From NCBI GenBank assembly GCA_965197745.1, contig CBDANS010000007.1:704001-768000 (forward strand): a DNA stretch of 64,000 bases. The letters are read 5' to 3'. A model generated the notes under the pieces. It did no database searches. It saw nothing but the letters and a program-made list of their open reading frames with translations, and was not told the DNA's origin. Both the position numbers and the translations under genes were made by a program. This DNA comes from Opitutales bacterium. Its GTDB lineage: Bacteria; Verrucomicrobiota; Verrucomicrobiia; Opitutales; PNEW01. This document shows, piece after piece, positions 58,841 through 64,000 of the stretch (position 1 is its first letter; each line of letters begins with the position of its first letter).

Positions 58841-60729
58841 CTAGTCTAAATAGGGATCGTACTCCGGCACAAACTTCCTTATACACTCCTTGATCTCGTT
58901 TCCGGGAAGATCAAGCATGCCGTTATTTTTTAATTCATTAAAAAATTCCTCTACCCCATTGCGGTTGTTCGATACATTGGCAAAGCGAAAAATGCGTGGG
59001 TGTTCGGTCTCTTCGTGCATCTCCTCTATGTGTTGATATTCTTCGAAAAGTTTTTCCCCGGGGCGAAGTCCGATATATTTGAGATCGATATCGATGCCCG
59101 GGCGGAATCCACTTAACTCGATCATTTGTTTAGCCAGGTCGACGATTTTTATCGTCTCTCCCATGTCCAAGACAAAAATTTCTCCTCCTTTTCCCTGGGT
59201 TGCAGCCTGTAGGATAAGACCCACCGATTCCGGTACCGTCATAAAATAACGTGTCACGTCGGGATGCGTTATGGTGACAGGTCCTCCTTCATCAATCTGT
59301 TTCTTAAAAATAGGAACTACGCTGTTAGACGATCCAAGGACGTTTCCGAATCGCACTGCCATGAAATGGGTCTTATTCTCCAGCTTATTTTGTTTGGTCT
59401 GGATATATATTTCCGCCATGCGTTTGCTTACTCCCATGACACTTGTTGGATTAATCGCTTTGTCCGTCGAAATTAAAATAAAGTGCTCTACAGAATACTT
59501 ACTGGCAAGATCAGCCAGCAACTCAGTTCCCAGGGTATTATTCTTAATAGCTTCACCCGGTTGCCGCTCCATCATGTGAACATGCTTATGCGCAGCGGCG
59601 TGAAAAACAATCTGCGGTTGGAAACGCTGAAACAAACTGTCCATCCGTTTTTTATCAAGAATATCAGCGACCAGGGGAAGAACGACCGAACCGTAACCTT
59701 CATCTTTCAACTGTTCTTCAATTTGAAAAAGGGTTCCTTCAGTTTTCTCTACCATGAGGAGGCGACGGGGGTTATTGAATACTACCTGTCGACATAATTC
59801 ACTGCCGATGCTACCTCCCGCTCCTGTGACCATGACTACTTTGTCCTGGATCATGTGTTGAATATTTTCGGAGTCCAGTTTGACCGGTTCCCGACCGAGC
59901 AGGTCCTCTACTTCCACCGGTCTCAATCGATTAGTGCGAACGGTCCCTGTCGTTAATTGCGCTAATGAAGGAACGATTTCTGCCTTTAGATTAGCTTGCT
60001 GTGCAGCTATGATAACTTCCTTGACTCGCCATGCTGGAGCTGAAGGCATGGCAATAATAATTTTTTCGATCCCATATTTTCTTTTTATCGCATTGAGCCT
60101 GTCGATTCCATTAATGACTTTAATTCCATGCAGATTCAGATTCCACTTTGTTTCATCGTCATCTAAAAAAACAACAGGGCGCATCCCAAGACCCCGTTTT
60201 GATAATAAGTCACTGGCGATGGTTTCACCGACATCTCCGGCTCCAACGATGGCAACATTTTCAATTTCATGGGGAGTAGCAGATCCTCCTGAAAGGTAGC
60301 GTTCACGGATAACGCGCATGGAAAGCCGGAATCCACATACGAGGATAAATGAAAAAACAAAATCCGCGAGAATGACACTTCGGGGAGGTGAATAGCTGCC
60401 GCTACTGAAAAACCAGATACAAATGAGAATTGCGCTGGATACGGCGAGTGCGGAAAAATACGATACAGATTCGGTAATCTGAAATAGCTGAGCATCCCTC
60501 CATATTGACCGAAGGGCCAAAAAATTATCAGCTTTAATGGTACTATTATAAGCAAATTAGCAATGCGAGCTGTCTGATGGTGCAGGGGTACCTGGAAATC
60601 AAAACGCAGTTCATAGCCGATAAACAGGTTGACCGTAAATATTATCATGTAGGCAAAAAAAAAGATGAGTGCCTTGAATGGCACTAATACCTTTAAAAAA
60701 GAAAATATCGCTGAACTCCTATTAGGCAT
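58841..60729 (-). CDS. CapD/PglF-like nucleoside-diphosphate-sugar 4,6-dehydratase, apparent frameshift at 60454-60458
   Basis: The first TM segments lie in ORF 60163-60729; the rest is in ORF 58841-60520 (GAGD.G, DLLGR, TGAGGSIGSE, AAAHKHV, STDKA, VRFGNV, GLRPGEKL). Confidence 0.9.
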
Positions 60730-60776
60730 AGGGAAAATATCAACAGATATACTCTTATTTTACTGTAAGAGCGGAT

Positions 60777-61904
60777 CTAAAAACAAGAGCGAAAAACTTC
60801 AGAAACGCGCTTTAAATCGTCTTGTGTGAGCGATGAACCCGAAGGTAAACACAAACCTGAATTAAAAAGCTCTTCTGCTACCTCTCCACCATATACTTGA
60901 GCATCTTTATATAAGGGTTGAAGGTGCATGGGTTTCCATACCGGACGGCACTCAATGCCTTTACTCTCCATTGTCTGGCAGATCGCTTCACAATTAGTTA
61001 CCGCATCTTTTGATTTTACCGTCAGACAAGTTAACCATCGTGTCGAACGCCCGTAAGGAACATCCGGCATAAACGCTACTCCCGGTAAATCATTGAGAGT
61101 ATTATAATAGTATTCGAAATTAGCGCGACGCGATTTCACTCGCTCATCAAGAACCTTGAGCTGTCCCCTCCCGATTGCAGCCAGAAGATTACTCATGCGA
61201 TAGTTATAACCGAGTTGGGAGTGTTCGTAATGGAGAGCTGAATCTTTAGCCTGATTTGCAAGAAATCGCGCTTTATCAACAATATCAGAATCATTAGAGA
61301 CCAGCATGCCACCGCTGCTCGTTGTAATTATTTTATTTCCATTAAAAGAATATACTCCCGCCCATCCAAGAGTTCCTGTGAACTTTCCGTTATATGATGA
61401 GCCCAATGCCTCCGCGGCATCCTCAATGACTTTTATCTCATAGCGATTGCATACATCAATGATGGGATCAAAGTCGGCACTCTGTCCATAGAGATGGACT
61501 ACGATCACGGCTTTGGGCAATCGGTTTTGTGTTGCTCGCTCTTCGAGAGCCGTCGCCAGTAATTCAGGATCCATGTTCCAGGATTGCCGATCGCTATCGA
61601 TAAAGACTGGCTTAGCTCCCTGGTAGAGAATGGGATTAACCGAAGCCACAAACGTCAGTGTGGAACAAAACACCTCGTCCCCGGGTGACACGCCAGCCAT
61701 TATAAGCGCAAGATGCAGTGCGGCTGTACCTGAACTTAGTGCAACAGCATGTGATGCACCTGTAGTAGTGCAAAATTCTTTTTCAAACGCATCCACATGT
61801 GGGCCTACCGGCGCAATCCAATTGGATTCGAAAGCGTCTAATAGCAAGTCCTTTTCTTTATCACCTATATCTGGCGGTGAAAGATAAATTTTTAATTTTT
61901 TCAG
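60777..61904 (-). CDS. DegT/DnrJ/EryC1/StrS (PglE-like) sugar aminotransferase
   Basis: SNWIAPVGP, SSGTAALH, EDAAEA, SFNGNKIITT, GYNYRMSN, LCLPSG. The conserved IYLSPP lies in frame upstream of TTG 61847, so the start is uncertain. Confidence 0.93.
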   Translation of the reverse strand: MKKLKIYLSPPDIGDKEKDLLLDAFESNWIAPVGPHVDAFEKEFCTTTGASHAVALSSGTAALHLALIMAGVSPGDEVFCSTLTFVASVNPILYQGAKPVFIDSDRQSWNMDPELLATALEERATQNRLPKAVIVVHLYGQSADFDPIIDVCNRYEIKVIEDAAEALGSSYNGKFTGTLGWAGVYSFNGNKIITTSSGGMLVSNDSDIVDKARFLANQAKDSALHYEHSQLGYNYRMSNLLAAIGRGQLKVLDERVKSRRANFEYYYNTLNDLPGVAFMPDVPYGRSTRWLTCLTVKSKDAVTNCEAICQTMESKGIECRPVWKPMHLQPLYKDAQVYGGEVAEELFNSGLCLPSGSSLTQDDLKRVSEVFRSCF

Positions 61905-61959
61905 ATTTAGAAAAGTGTTGTATTGATTTATTGCAAGGTCAGTACAGAGTCTTTAAAAT

Positions 61960-64000
61960 TTAATTTTGTAAGTGAGAGGGCAACTCAAGAATACTCAAGT
62001 CATCAATCCAAAAATAGTCATTAGGTTCTTGGTTATTAATTTCTAGCAACAGATAACCGTTAATTGCATTATCAGGAGCTTCAGCAAGAATAGCGAGACG
62101 CGTCCAATCCTGTATGTTTCCGTAAGGAAGTCGATCTCTTGGTTGTAAATCATAGTAATTCCCTTGTCGATCACGCCATCTAACCGTGAGAGCTAATTTG
62201 CTGGCTGGACTAATCACACCTTTATGCCAAGACGTAAACAGATATGACCGTCCAGGCAAAACGGGTACCATTTGATAAATTAAAGTTGCATCCGAACCTC
62301 TAACCTCCATACCCCATTCGCCGGTCCGCGCGGCATAGTGATTTAAACTTATGCGTACTGACTTTGCAGGTCTTATATTAATTATCCATTTGTTCGGCCA
62401 AAGAACGAACTCATCAATATCCGATACTCTGGTTATCTCAAGATCTGTATTATGTAAAATTTCTCGGGCAAGCGAATGATTTTCGAGATAGGATTGAAGG
62501 ATAAACAGGTCATCTTTTGTTTCTTTATTTGCAAATTGTAATAGTGGCAGACCTTCTTCTTCCCACTGCTGATTATATTTAGCCCACTCTAAAGCGTTAA
62601 CTATAACTCGATCTGCGGGGTCAGAGTTAAATAGATAATCAAAGTCAGAAAGATATTGGTTCAATGGATGAGATGATTTGAGACGATGATTATGATCTTG
62701 TAAATTTTTCTTAATATCCCAGTAATTAATAAGCACATCCTGCAGAGTTTGGATATCCTCCAAAGTATCAATTCGTTTTCGTGCCAAAACATTTTTAGCA
62801 TTTTGGTACTCGACTAATAACTCAGTCATTCGAAAGGCTTCGGAAACCAGTTCTACACGTTTTTGGACTATGGGGTGAATTGCTTGTGAAAGAGCACCAT
62901 CAAGGATCCTTCGTAATTTTACACATACTTTGCTAGAGAAAAGAGTTGCTTGGTTCACGTCTTTAAAATACTTGATCCAACGAGCGGGTACAGGTTGATT
63001 CAACCATTGCTCTTCACATTTCTCGAAGAAACGCCGCATGGGTCTGGCGGTTTCCTGGAAATAATTATGGTAATATTCATCGAGTAGCTTTTCTGAAGAT
63101 TGATTTATATTCCAAAGTAACTTCGCGGCTAACCAGAGTTTAGGTCCATCGAATCCCCAAATAGGATTGGTTTCAGCGTAAAAAGCACGCACTCCAGTAT
63201 TATAAGCATACTTCAAACTTTCAGTTTCCAGAGAAAAATAAATCCGTGGGATTGTGTATCGAAATCCATAGTAGTAATCGTAGATGCCAATAATTTCCGG
63301 TCCAGCATTTACCCATCGTTGTATAAGCGCCTTATCCTCTTTCTTGAATACAGGATCATACCATTGACTGCGGTCGGCAGTGAGGTAGGGTAAGACCTTG
63401 GGTTCTACGGGAAATGTCGGCGTATTTTCACACCAGAAGTAGGCCAGGCAACCAAGATATTTATCGGGATAAGAGGTGGCTAACTTTAGGGCTGCTTCAT
63501 TCATAAAATTGAATACGTAATCGGAATAGTCGGGTCGACCGCGAAAAAATCGCTTAGGTTCTACGAGACCTGAAGTGATAGGAGTGTCGCCTAATCGGAC
63601 ATTATCATTAAGCCCCAATGAAAAGCTGATTGTATTCTTATTATCTTCGAAATGTTTTTCTGCAAACTCTACAGCTTCTTTGGCGACTTCACTATTAGTT
63701 AAATCGGGTTGCCATAGTGTATCTTCTGGCCCTTTAGGACGATATCGCTTACCATTGACAACTGGAAACCACTCGGGATGATCCTCATAATCCTGGGGAC
63801 GTATGACGCGATGGATATTGTGGTGGAATGCAAATCGCCCACGCAATAAATTGCGACGCATCCATAGTTCACTTCCTTCCCCGCTCATTCCGCTAAATTC
63901 GCGTGAGAGAAAATCAGGTTTAACATTTTCATCGATTAAGGGTAATACCCAGGATGTCTTCTTGGAAATATGCTCACCCAATTCCGTGGGTAAATACCAA
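61960..64000 (-). CDS. DUF4838-like protein with C-terminal carbohydrate-binding-like domain, 5' truncated by the window edge
   Basis: Frame open to the edge (WYLPTELGE), P.F..RE, HPEWF, SLGLND, LAY, YDYYY, AKLLWN, M..FF; beta-rich C-terminus ending WIDDLS. Confidence 0.7.
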   Translation of the reverse strand, partial: WYLPTELGEHISKKTSWVLPLIDENVKPDFLSREFSGMSGEGSELWMRRNLLRGRFAFHHNIHRVIRPQDYEDHPEWFPVVNGKRYRPKGPEDTLWQPDLTNSEVAKEAVEFAEKHFEDNKNTISFSLGLNDNVRLGDTPITSGLVEPKRFFRGRPDYSDYVFNFMNEAALKLATSYPDKYLGCLAYFWCENTPTFPVEPKVLPYLTADRSQWYDPVFKKEDKALIQRWVNAGPEIIGIYDYYYGFRYTIPRIYFSLETESLKYAYNTGVRAFYAETNPIWGFDGPKLWLAAKLLWNINQSSEKLLDEYYHNYFQETARPMRRFFEKCEEQWLNQPVPARWIKYFKDVNQATLFSSKVCVKLRRILDGALSQAIHPIVQKRVELVSEAFRMTELLVEYQNAKNVLARKRIDTLEDIQTLQDVLINYWDIKKNLQDHNHRLKSSHPLNQYLSDFDYLFNSDPADRVIVNALEWAKYNQQWEEEGLPLLQFANKETKDDLFILQSYLENHSLAREILHNTDLEITRVSDIDEFVLWPNKWIINIRPAKSVRISLNHYAARTGEWGMEVRGSDATLIYQMVPVLPGRSYLFTSWHKGVISPASKLALTVRWRDRQGNYYDLQPRDRLPYGNIQDWTRLAILAEAPDNAINGYLLLEINNQEPNDYFWIDDLSILELPSHLQN

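Overview
A 64 kb bacterial chromosomal window, probably Verrucomicrobiota (Opitutales-like; inferred from gene content, not searched). It carries mostly housekeeping genes: serA 3' end, plsY, hom-lysC-thrC-cimA, rpoZ, smpB, trmL, hemL, nadE, mutS, holB, tmk, an exbB/exbD/TolA-like cluster, hup, ygfZ, two DAHP synthases and mdh. Envelope and accessory genes include a thioester alpha-2-macroglobulin, a modular Ig-domain surface protein, tandem AP-endonuclease-2/xylose-isomerase-fold paralogs, two tandem OppA-OppB fusion genes, a TPR plus low-complexity trio, and the end of a polysaccharide locus. The most striking signal is non-coding. Nearly every long intergenic gap is a mosaic of several repeat families: GGAG-type REP-like hairpins with covarying stems, a ~120 bp carrier element, a ~200 bp multi-hairpin palindrome, GTCATTGCGAG elements, heptamer arrays and a 20 bp palindrome. 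Two kinds of tiny hairpin modules (about 40 bp and about 23 bp) sit inside these repeats at fixed dinucleotides (A^C and C^A) with no target duplication, and matching empty sites occur in the same window. No transposase, tRNA, rRNA or CRISPR array was seen. Two homopolymer frameshifts and an astA-like remnant were also found. All counts and alignments were done by eye.
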